From contig JASCQW010000001.1 in NCBI GenBank assembly GCA_030264375.1, positions 59,352,302 through 59,416,301 on the forward strand: DNA of 64,000 bases, in the 5' to 3' direction. Shown here one piece after another: positions 52,301 to 64,000 of this stretch. Source of the DNA: Carcharhinus longimanus (lineage: Eukaryota). Every line of letters begins with the position of its first letter. Position 1 is the stretch's first letter. Below the pieces are notes generated by a model. It was not told where the DNA came from. It worked only from the letters and a program-made list of their open reading frames with translations, and searched no databases. Position numbers and translations under genes: made by a program.

Positions 52301-54938
52301 TTGTTCCCTATAATCTATTTTGAGACCGGGGGATGTGGAAGCATATGTTAATAATTTTTTGGACAGCAACATGATCTATTTTTCACTCAGCCCAGGTAGT
52401 TTATCAAAGAAAAATGCCTGCCAACAAGGGAGCATTTGCCAATGCCAGCTTCTATCCTGGAACAGAATTTAACTAGCAGAGGTGGTGCAGTTCAGGCTGA
52501 CCAAATGCTTCACATTTCATACTGCATAGTTGCCCAAGACCTCCTGTCAACAAAGCGGGTAGGTCGGGTGGAGTAAAATTGAATGGTGGCATCAAGCTTA
52601 TTGGCACTAGGCTCAATTGACTCCTCATACAAGCTGGCACCAAAGCAAGCTGAGCCACAGCAGGAGTGGTGACCTGAGAAGGACCATGCTTTTTAGCACC
52701 TGTGGAGCAGGTTTGTGGTGGGGGGGGGGGCCAACTTACCTGGCTCCCAGACCTCACTCCTGCAGTGGACTCTTTTCTTGGAGGATTGTTGAAGACACTC
52801 CCATCTGCTGCGGGAGGAGATGTCCAATCATATAATGCACAATGTCATGTTGTGCTTCAAACATAACTGCAAGAACCCAAAGTGGCCATCTGCCACCACG
52901 AAGATGCCATTACATTTTGTGCAATGTTTAAAACCAGCAGACAACTTGCTTGAAGATCAATGATCTTTCCAAGCTGGAAAACAAGAGAACACAGAGCTCA
53001 ACCATGTGAGAGAATAGTGGCGAGTGATTTTATGCTGCTGGGGGAAATGTTACGACACATCAGATGAGAGGTAGAGTCTTTCAATGACTGTGGAAAGGGA
53101 AGCAACGTGGAATGTAGCGCAACAAAAAGACATTTTACACAGCTACTGGAAACTCTGACAGTAAAAGGAAGAATAAATTACTTCTATAGCCTATTTTTAA
53201 AAACTGTTTGACAGAAACTACCACCTGGGATTTCAGACTTTAATCTTAGAAGTAAAAATAAGTTTATGTAATCTCCACCTTGGGCATGGGAACAGCTATA
53301 ATGCACATAAACTAATTACAGAAGCTGCAATTCAATTCACAAATAAAAATTCTTGTAATTAGTAAATTCACATAGACTGCGAATCATTTAACATCTGTAT
53401 GTACATGATCTTTTCTTCCCGCAGGTTATGACAAATTAATAGAAGATGGAAATAATTAACTTTCCACGAGTGATCACAGTCTAGCCTAATACACAAATCA
53501 AACAAGAAAACAGAAGATCTTCAATTTCAGTGATGTATTCTGGCACGGATACTGTTTACATGATCATGTCAGCTCGCAAAACATAGTACTGCGATTCATT
53601 GATCCAACAGGATTATTTCTGAATAATGTGTTTAGAGAAACTGAAACTTCAAAATAAGTTTGAGAAGTCTTTCATTATATTTGCTTAAAAAGAAAATATC
53701 TCAATTACAGCCCATGATGTCAAGGAACCACACGTATTGTCCTTGGTTTTAATATTTGCAATGCAAGTTCCCACATACTTCAGTCAACACTGCAACTTCC
53801 ACAAGATAAACTTTACAATACTAGATGGACTGTAAACTGACAACTCAGACTTAAGCTTCCAATACCATCCACACAGACAAAATGAGATTCTCTGTCAACA
53901 GATACAATGGTTTCACTGAAATTATGTTAACAATTCTTTGTGGGTGCAACTACACACTGAAAAGCAGAAATGCATTTACTGACTGCCACTGAACTAAAAT
54001 CTTAGACAGCCAATCAGGATAGCTACTTTGTGAAGTATCATTCTGGTGTAATACTGGAGATACATCAGAGTTAAAGGTTAAAGACATGGCAGTGCAGGCA
54101 GCTTTGCTTTTAACTCAGTGCTAATACAGGTGCATAAAGTAGAAAAATATTCCATTCCAACACAGAATTATTTCCTCTGATGAACATAACTTTGAAAAAT
54201 ATACTGGTAGCACAGTCAAGATCAGAAATGACTGAATTAATGTACTCAAATTTCCTTTACCATTTCAAAGAACAGACTTTCCAAAAGCCACCTTCCACAA
54301 TTACTGAGATCACACTCACATTCGCTAACAAGCATCACACATCAGATATGGCTGACCAGACAATTCAGAATCATGTATCTCAAGAGTACGTATGCGCTGA
54401 TTTAGAAGTGAAGATACATTGCAAGTTTTGAATTGGTGTGGTACCCACTATCAGCTAAAAACTAAAAATAGAATTGCTGGGAATAAAGGTTTAACCTCAG
54501 TTGTTAATTATGTAACGTGTGTGATAGATGATAAACTGGAAGATGTCANNNNNNNNNNNNNNNNNNNNNNNNNNNNNNNNNNNNNNNNNNNNNNNNNNNN
54601 NNNNNNNTTTGCAAACAGTTGCTCACAGGTCTAAGGTAATTTTGTATGCGATGAAATTCATACTGAATTTACTCAATACTTTTAAAATACCTTGCAACTA
54701 TATAAAGTGAATATTACATGTTTAGCTGGATGAAAGAGAAAAAAAGATTAGTTTTCTTAGCTTATCCACTCAGAGGTTACATCTTCTTTTGCAATTTAAC
54801 ATGCCATTTTCTTGTTTTTTACTGCACCCCAAAACTTACCTAGTGGAATGAAGTGTATTTTAGCACAAATTTTAAATATTCCACTCTAATCCCAAGGTTT
54901 TTAATCAAGCTACGTTTGCTCCTAATCCATAAACTTAC

Positions 54939-55059
54939 ATCTCAAGTGTCGGGGAAATAAATCTGTTGTTTCATGAGAAGTGACAGATGGGGTCAAGTCA
55001 TCAGCAGAAGATTGTGTTTCTTCATCATCACCTGAAAGTAGGTCCTTTGCTATTTCCTC
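54939..55059 (-). CDS. MIER3: MIER3 coding exon 5 ([40 protein letters not shown])
   Basis: gtacag| acceptor, T|gtaagt donor; 121 nt; near-identical to the MIER3 peptide. Confidence 0.97.
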
Positions 55060-55178
55060 CTGTACAGATAAAAAGGAATTTTATTTATTAGACATAATTC
55101 ATGTTGGACATTTTAAATAAGTTTTTTTTCATGATGATTTGCATAAATTGCTGCAAAAAGATGGGCTTTATTACTTGC

Positions 55179-55307
55179 CTTATCAAGAGTCATGTCAGGA
55201 AGTTCATCAGCGAGGTCACTTGGTGAACTCCCTGGATTTTCATTTTCTATTACTGGAGGCTCATATCCATAAAGTGCCAGCAAATCATCAAGTGGCATGT
55301 TGCTCTC
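55179..55307 (-). CDS. MIER3: MIER3 coding exon 4 ([18 protein letters not shown]...[12 protein letters not shown])
   Basis: caacag| acceptor; 129 nt; ends at a non-canonical AAG|GCAAGT (GC) donor that is needed to keep frame with exon 5. Confidence 0.93.
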
Positions 55308-55939
55308 CTGTTGACCAAAAATAACTGAAATTTAAAGTCTTAACATGATGGGATTTTCAGTCAAAAATCTTTCAATAGATTGAACACACTTCAGCAACAC
55401 CTCCCCGCCCCCTGTCTCTATTATTCAGGAAACCTAGAACAGCAATATCATGGGGACAGTATCAGCTAAAACTTTCTCTCTATGTCACATAGCATTCTGA
55501 CTTGGCCTTATTTTGTCATTACTTATTCATTACTGAGTCAAACATTCTGGAACTCCCTCCCCAATAACACTATCAGAAAATAAAGGCTGACTTGCTGGCA
55601 CCCCCACATCCAATGAATAAGTTGGCTAGCATCACCCATACCCAACGAACAATAAAATTAAAATCACTGTTCAATAATTAAGCAAACAAATTAGAATTTA
55701 TTATATAAATTAGATATTGATAGAGCAAGAGACACAATCCAAAAAACATGTATTTCTATAGCACTGATGTGCAGAGAAGAATTTTAATGTGATATAGGTG
55801 ATTGACAAAGAATAAATATAGGGTAGGAGTGAAAAGGGTACTAAGGAAATAATTTAGTAGGCTAGAGTATGTCCGAAGAGACATTTAAATGATGTTATGG
55901 TCAGGATTAAATGAGCCAAAAGAGAAGAGTGGGGAGGGA

Positions 55940-57320
55940 TAAGCACAAAAATTGCTAACACTGGTGGCAACAAGTCTCTAACACTAATTATAGTGTTAGA
56001 CCAAGGATAAATTGGGATATTAGAGGAGAATGTAACAAGGGGAATATAATAATCATGGGTGATTTAAATTTTCATGTTGACTGGGCAAACTAAATTGGAA
56101 AAAGCAGTACAGCAGACAAGTTATGGACCGCATTCAGCAGTATGCTGAGGGACCAACTAGAGAACAGGTAATTTTAGATTTAGATTCTGTAATGAAACAA
56201 GGTTAATTAATAATAAAGGATCGCCTGGGAAAGAGTGATCATAGTGTAATGGCATTTCATAATAAGTTTGAGCGTGATGAAGTTAAGTCCAAAATCAGGG
56301 TCTTAAACTTAAAAGTTAATTAAAGAAGTAACGACTGGCAAGTTGGTGGATTCACACTGGGAAATTAACTTAAAAGATGATAATAGATGACCAATGGCAA
56401 AAATTTAAGTAAATAATTTATATTTTTCAAATAATGTACACTCCTTTGAGGAATAAAATCTTTGCTGGGGAAGTGCTACAACCATGATTAGCCAGGAAAG
56501 TCAGTGATAGTATTAGATTGAAATTCAATAACATTGCAAAGAACGTAGCAAGTTGAAGGTTAAAGGGATTTAAAATTCAGCAAAGGTTAGTGAAGAAATT
56601 GATTAAGAAAACAGTATGAAGTGGACCAGCAAATATACAAACAAATCACAAAAGCTTTTTGCAAGTATGCAAAAAGAAAGAAATCAGTGAAATTCAAGTT
56701 GTATTCTTTAAGGACAAAGGCGAAAGAAATATAAATAGTGAATAAAGAAATGCTAAACAAATCTTTTGTATTAAGTTTTGTAGTGGGAGATGCAAAGCAT
56801 TGGAAATTGTAACGAATCATAACGAGAAACTTGAAGCAATTTGATGGTAGCAAATGTAAACTCATTGTTCAACAATGGAGAGACAGCAAAAACAAGGAAT
56901 GATAGCCCAGTTAACTTCATAACGGGTAGTAGGGAAAATGCTGCAATCTATTACGAAGGATGTGGTAATAGGGCACTTGAAAAATCACAACAGGTTGAGT
57001 CAACACTCATGAAAGGGGAGTTACATTCTGCAAATCTGTCAGTTTTTTTGAGCATGTAATTAGCAGGACAGAAGGAAGGTAAGAGAAGGAAAAAACCAGT
57101 GGATGGTGCCACAGAAGAGGCTATTTATAATCTAGATGAGGGGATGAGTAATATATCCATCTTTGCTGGTGATACAGAGCTAATTGGGAAAGTAAGTTGC
57201 AAGGAGGTTGCAAAGAAGCTAAAATGGTCCAACATGGCCGACTATTTTGGAGAAGATTCTTTATTGATTGAGAATCCACAACCCTGTGTGCACTTGAGAT
57301 TGAGATTGATACATTTTTCA
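55940..57320 (+). mobile_element. Degraded CR1 ORF2 (endonuclease/linker/RT relics)
   Basis: IIMGDLNF (endonuclease), LGKSDH and ISIFAGDTEL (KFADDTK relic). Confidence 0.75.
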
Positions 57321-57321
57321 A

Positions 57322-57585
57322 GGTACCACAGCAGTTAGCATTACTACTTCACAACACAGGTTTGATTCCTGGCTTGGCTCACTGTCTGTGTAGGCTTTCA
57401 CTGGGTCTCCGATTTCCTCCCACAGTCCAAAAGCCGTGCTGGTTAGGTGTAGTAGCCATGGTAAATTCTCCCTCAGAGTACCTGAACAAGTACCGGAGTG
57501 TGCTGACTAGGGGATTTGCACAATAATTTCATTGAAGTGTTGATGTAAGCCTATTTGTGACATTAATGAATAAACTTAAAAACTT
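57322..57585 (+). mobile_element. V-SINE with alternative tail, nested in CR1
   Basis: Same tail as 20668-20915 (GAGTGTGCTGACTAGGGGATTTGCACAATAATTTCATTGAAGTGTTGATGTAAGCCT); a CR1 tail resumes at about 57590-57720. Confidence 0.8.
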
Positions 57586-59349
57586 TCTGAGCACCAAAGG
57601 AATCAAATGGTAGGATGGGAAATTGGAATTGATTCGAAAGTTCAGCCGTGGCCTCACTGAATGGTGAAGCAAGCTTGATAATTATATGGCATACTATTGC
57701 CTATTTTTCTTATTTTATGACTTGCAGATGGCGGGTGGGTTGGGGGGGGGGGGGAGCGGTGGTGGGGGTAAACTAACTCCATACATTCACATCAAACATA
57801 GCACCTTAAGGTCATTTTGCTAATAAAAAGGGAACAGGCAAAGCTTAGCAAATAGGTGGATGATTAAAGTACATCAAAGTACATTGCATTTTGCATGTGT
57901 TTTACTGCATAAGGAATTTGTACACTAACTCAGATTTATCACCGTGATAGGTAAGGGGTAGATCAGAGTTCCAGTAGTAAGTGGAAAAACTATCAGAGTT
58001 GAAAAAGGTCTTCAATGGTGGGTTTAGCTGTGGAGAAGAAAGTTAAACTCAGAATTGAAGAATATAGAAAGGCTCTAAGCTAATGGACTGAGCAGAGATA
58101 GAAATTTTAAAATAAAATTGTTTAAAGTTCAAATATGTATTACTTACAAATGTAATACTTGGTACTTAACTTTGAGCAAGTCTAGCTACTAACTTTATTT
58201 TCTTCCAGAGGCACTAAAGACTACACCTAATAATCAGTTTCAGAGTTAGATCCCATGGTTCCATGCCCACTGGGTTTATATTTTCTTTCCTCTTTTGAGG
58301 AAGCATTTGACCTCTGGCTCAGTACCTGTCCACTGCAGTACAGTTCATATACAAGTACAACTGCAAACCTACAATTCATAGTGTATTGGTAAACTCATGG
58401 ATTCCAGCAATATAGGAACTTTAGGCATTTACTTCATATTCCACTGAATCTTTAAAAATAAGTTTTAATTTAATCACAAACATTCCCATTGGAAAACTGC
58501 TTGAAACTTGAGCATTAGGGATCACTGTATTTCAATGTGTATTGCTTCATTCTGGTTCGTGACAGACCATCTAATTTCTTAGAAACAGGAAGTTAATCTG
58601 CTTTCTCGTTTTTTTCCACCATTCATAACTCTCAATACTTTGCTTTGCCAAAAGAACAACCTGAAGACCAGTTCCAAACATTTTCTAGCTTGCCAACAGG
58701 CAGTGAATACATTTAGCCCAGGGTGACTAGATCTCTGATTCTCCCTCTCCTCAGTGAGCACTTCAGCCCTCATCCTGCGCAACAAGGTTAATACTTCCTA
58801 TGGCAAATATATCTCAATGTTGAACTTAAGAGGAATTCTGTACAAAGTACTCTCTGATCCACAACTTGAAAGAAACTGGACATTTTACTTCCCATCAGTT
58901 TTAAAATGCAATTTGCCTCATAATTAAAATCACTGATCTAATCAAATCCATAGTCACTCCACTGACATGTCAAGAAGAATTGGCCCACATTCCACCATTT
59001 GTAAGAGTGCTGGCACTTCAGACTGAGAAAGCTGAATCAGTCGAAAGTGTCGAATTATTCTTCTAATGATACTCTCTTTGCCTTCCTTCTCCTTTATTTA
59101 AAGCATAACAAAATTATTAGCCTTGTGTGAAGGCAACGTGTAGCAAAAAAGACAAATTATTTTATGAAAACTGCATGCGATGCTGTCCAAGAGGACCAAC
59201 AGTTGTTTTACAAACATTGTTGACCCCAAATCGTAGGAAAGCACTCCTACAACATTAACCTTCATTTTAAAGTAGAAAAACTATTGATCAATTTTGTTAC
59301 ATTAAATAGCACTGTTCCAACAGTTTGAATTTAAGCTTAGTTTACTTTA

Positions 59350-59562
<213 letters not shown>

Positions 59563-62500
59563 TTACATTTTTGTTCTAGTATATTAATCACTTCAAAAGT
59601 GGGTATTGTGCTAACTTATACTAAGCAACTATATGCCTAATTGATTTTAATTAGATGGATCCAGTTATCAGTTAATGTAAAAAAAAGTATAATCTGTTTG
59701 ATATTAAATATGGAGTGCCAAAATGTACTTTAAAAGATCTTTCCTACACAAAGAATATATAAGTAAACAGTGGCATAATTCAAAGACAGAAGTAGAGAGA
59801 GCGAAAAGGAACAAATGAATGCTTAAGCATGCAAAAGAAAATTCAACATACCCAGATGAATAAATCAAAAAAGGTTAACACAATTAGAAGAAAATGAGAA
59901 GTCCTGAGACTGAACACCATAAAGCATCAAAAGGAAAAAAAAGGAGGGAATGGGGCAACTGAATTTGAGTAAACCTCAAATATTCCCATTAATTGGCACA
60001 TGCATGATGGATTGAATGGCTTCCTTCTGTATGGTATCATTTCATGATTCTAATATTGCCTAACTCAAGCAGATTTCTAAATTCAGACTGTCTAATGCCA
60101 GAGGACTAGAGCACAGTACAGAGCTGTCAGGAAGTCAATACCTTCCCCTCTTTCTGGCAGTTCAAATGTCATCTTCATAAAATAGTCCATTGAAGTCAGT
60201 TGAGCCCAACAATAATGAATGGAATTGCATCTAATCTGATCCAAATATAGCTTTGAATTATACCAAAATCATAACCCAAAAGTCAAGTAATGGAACATAC
60301 CCACGAAATTTAAGAATGAATGTATGCCAATCTCATCAAAACCCCCTTTGAATCTTTGACACGAAATGCAACGTCAATTTTGAAATGAATTTTCTGACAG
60401 TTCCTTGGGGATAATTTAAACAAATGCCATGCATGTGGCTTCCCAATCCTCACCAAAAGTTCCAATTCCTAAAATAGCCACCAACTTCCAGAAGATAAAA
60501 TGAGCTCCTATAAAGTTAGAAAGAATTAAATTCAGATTAGCTCCTCCCCCTCAACAGAACTCCTTTAAACGTGTTCATTGTTGATATAAGGAAAGCATGA
60601 AAGGAGGTTTACAGAGAGAAACAAAAAGAGAAGATCTTAAGATAACTAAAAAACATATTCCCCTCCACCTTTATAGTCTGAAAATGGCAAAGAAAAAAAA
60701 ACACAAATAATGGAATTTTCCAATGGTTCAATAGGAGAAATCTCTGGATTAAAACCAGGGCAGGGGATTAACATAGCTATCTAAGGCTGAGCAACACATT
60801 CTAAAAGGCAAATAAAAAAAGTGAATTGGATAGCAAACCTGCTCTACCTCACCCAAGGAACCTAGTCAGAATGTTAAAATGGTCATAAAAACTATGGAAG
60901 AATCGGAGTGATAAGATATTTCAATCAATAAATCAAAGCAAGAGTTCCACTCAAATGAAGGGATATTTATTATTCCAGTTTCAAAAAGATTATGACCCGG
61001 TGCTTGATCTTGAATGGCAAATTATGAAGCCCCAACTTCAGGACAATGATTCTCTCAAAGAATGAGCAATGAAACAAGAAGACATTACTCCAGCATCAAG
61101 CCTAGCATTATGGCTTATGGTTTTCCACAGTTGATTTTGTACCAACACAGAAAAATATAATGGTATACAGGGGTAAAAAAAAGTCAGGGGTAGAGATCAT
61201 TATAATTATAAAAAACTTATTGTCTTGCCTGCTGCTGTTACCCCAACCGTGCAGATGCTAACAGCTTAAAGGTTTTGGAAGCCAGAAAGAACAGGAATGA
61301 CTACATAGCAAAAGGGTGTAAAGTGAAGTTTGGTTTGAACTTCCAAACATTCAACAAAGCTCCAGGCCTATTATACAACTCAAACACCTACTTGAGAACA
61401 TGAAATCAAACAAACCTGCAGTACGAATTAAGTTCTATAAGCTGCAGATGTGATCGGAATGTTTGCATAAAAATGCATCTGATCCAAATTAACTAATTCA
61501 TGCAAACAAGTTTGAATAAGCATTTTTTAAAACAAAAATAATATACAAATCAGCAGAATGTGTTAACGAAATGTCACACCTCAAACCTGCTTATAGTGTC
61601 TAAATCCAGCATCTCATCTTAGTTTTCACTTACGCAAGAACTGAATTTCCTACATACTCTGTTCATGCATGGTGCAAAAACATGTAAGCAAAAGCAATAC
61701 ATTTCTTGAATGGTAGATGGCCAATAAAGTTCATTTTGAGATGTACAATATGTGGACAGTAACAGCAGCACTGAACTTTTTATTCAATAAACATACTGGA
61801 CTCGTGCTAGCCCATTTTTACTTTTCTAATGAAAAAGATTCTACAGTACCTTAATCTTATGTTACTTGTGTTAATCTTAGAGGGTTTTTTGACTATTAAA
61901 TCATTCTTCTGTACTTTTGATTTAGCTTGGGTAACATAATAAAAAGGATTTGGAAAAAATTATTGTACCAGGGAATTAGGTACCTAAAAATATATTATGC
62001 TCAATTTATTTAAGAAACATACACATTGAAGCCACATCTCTGAAGTTCTTTTTTATTATTTTGTGGGATGTGGGTGTAATGGGTGACGCCATAGTTTCCA
62101 CCATGTACATGCAGCCTGATTCAAACTGTATCTATATTTGCACTGGATGGGACATTACAAATAGGCACAAACATAACAAACCTATCAACCTCAAGTGTAC
62201 CTGCAGTCAATGTTCTGCTACTATGAAGTCTGATTAGCATCTCAAATGAAAATCTTATAATAAACCTAAGCATCACTTGCCTCAACTTCTTGTGAATTAA
62301 CTTAGCATCTCTTCTTGTTCCTCCCTCATACGTTGAACAGTATCTTAAAGTTTTCAGATTTGCAAGAGGCAATCAGTATACATGCTGATTAAATGCCACA
62401 GCCAAGAAATTTAATAAAAAGCTTAAGAGTTGCTTTGCCTGAAAGAGAGGTCGCCATTGTTACACTACATTTTCAGATATTAAATATTAAAATCTTTATT

Positions 62501-63049
62501 CTAATTCTTATCCCGATTTGTTGTAAGTGTTGTAAATATCCTAATTTCTGAGCAGTCCAGGCATCAAGTGAGTTAATGAATGGTAACAAATGCCTGTGCC
62601 TTAATGGATTGAAGCAAATATTCAAATGTTAAAGCAAGAACTGCACATCCTTCACAATGTTACCAAAAAAACTGAAACGGTTTTAACAAAAGCTGAACAA
62701 TAATAATCGTTTTTAATTTGATGAGATCTAGAATTTGTTTTTGTCATTGCAAAATAGAAGACTTTGCTGAGGAATAAAATCAAAATATAATTGCTCACAA
62801 GAATACCAATTCACAAACACATTTAATGATCTATGCATGATCTTCAGTTGTAATATATTTGTTACAGCATATGATCAAACCCTGTTTCATTCCTACTTCT
62901 AAGTTAAAACCAGTAACAGTGTGAATGGCTTATTCTAAATCACTTTTTAAAAACAACTAAAAACCATATTATGTAGCAAAAGGTCACACCCAAACACCTT
63001 GAAATTAATTTCCCCATTAGGATTGGAAGTGAAGTAGAACAACACATAC

Positions 63050-63074
63050 CTGGACTTGAACTTCCATAGGAAGC
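63050..63074 (-). CDS. MIER3: MIER3 coding exon 2, 25-nt micro-exon (ASYGSSSP)
   Basis: Minus strand tttcag|GCT TCC TAT GGA AGT TCA AGT CCA G|gtatgt; matches MIER3 ASFGSSSPV. Exon 1 (MAE) is presumably beyond 64000. Confidence 0.9.
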
Positions 63075-64000
63075 CTGAAATAAAATGTTTTACAATGCAT
63101 TAATCAAAAATACTAAATTCAACTTTCCTGCATAAAATGTGCCCAACACTGAATACATGGGAAAAGGGAAATGTGAAAAGAATTCACTAATTTTCAGAAG
63201 TAACTTTCTTTTTGTTGCTCAAATTTCGTTCATAAACTCAGTTGTATATTGTCAAAAGTAGAAGCTTCCATAAACCAATACATTTTAAAAAGTAGTTTTT
63301 AAATTTGTATTGAAAATGTTTTTTGATATATTTAAAATGAATATAACATAGTATTAATACAGCTGGAAATAGGCTTATCACAAAAATAAATCAATGTTTA
63401 GCTCAGCATCAAAGATGCCCAATGTTAAGTAACTAAAAATGAGCGATACAGAACCATTTAACTTCGCTAGTGCACAGCAGTTAGGCTCTTCACACATTCA
63501 AACAAAAAACTTCCATATTAGCGTTCTTGTATTAAATATGTTTTATTATAAGAGCCCCTTCAAAGGAGTGCAAACTGGCACCATTAGCAGAAAGTCATCA
63601 TGACAATTAATTTTGAGGGCATAGCCAGTTTCAGGAGGCAGTGGGGGGTTTGCACGGTCAACCTCCACATCTTCTCCCCATGTTCTCTCTCTATTAAATC
63701 ATTCTTGCTTTTGAGAGGTTTTGAATAACTTCCCCCAACCGCCATCTGCTTTTTCCCACTTTCAACTTTTTTTTGAATAGTGTAGAAGCTTGTCGATTAG
63801 CATTTGCAATTTCTTGATCCTTAGTTGGGTACCATTAGCCAAATTACACCAGAAATATCAAAAAAACCTTGCAGAAATTTATCATCACCTTTTGACATAA
63901 TTTGTTGGTTGTATTTTGATACAAGTCCAAATGCTTTTTTTTCTCCTCTTCCCCCCTTTCTCCCTCCCCCTCCACCCTAGTAGACATTTTTAATCAAGTT

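Noticed and set aside
52028-52372. 114-aa minus ORF with an acidic patch (FEDEPDLELESESS) in MIER3 intron 5, a possible extra exon
   Set aside because: No convincing splice sites or recognisable homology; exons 5 and 6 already join in frame.
55977-56000. 10-bp hairpin TCTAACACTA-ATTA-TAGTGTTAGA
   Set aside because: Short, AT-rich and inside a degraded CR1; could arise by chance.

Overview
Eukaryotic (vertebrate) genomic DNA. The repeat landscape (HE1/V-SINEs, DeuSINE-like elements, CR1 and L2 LINEs) points to a cartilaginous fish, probably a shark; the assembly is gapped, with many 100-N gaps. Two convergent protein-coding genes can be rebuilt exon by exon with consistent splice phases. SETD9 lies on + (6 coding exons, 1423..15157, 291 aa, GC-box promoter at about 1250-1420). 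MIER3 lies on - (coding exons 2-13, 63074..30418; exon 1 is beyond the window; ELM2-SANT protein of about 548 aa) and has a long, nearly repeat-free putative 3'UTR. This tail-to-tail arrangement matches the human SETD9-MIER3 locus. Most other ORF-track entries are LINE/SINE fragments or noise. No CRISPR, rRNA or true tRNA gene was seen. Most notable oddities: a full-length but remodelled U2 snRNA-derived element in SETD9 intron 1 (candidate U2-headed retroposon or variant snRNA), a perfect 23-bp hairpin in SETD9 intron 5, a GC-AG intron and a candidate recursive splice point in MIER3, a palindromic MITE-like element, and several insertions flanked by target-site duplications (TSDs). Repeat boundaries are approximate and family names come from recalled consensus motifs, not from searches.
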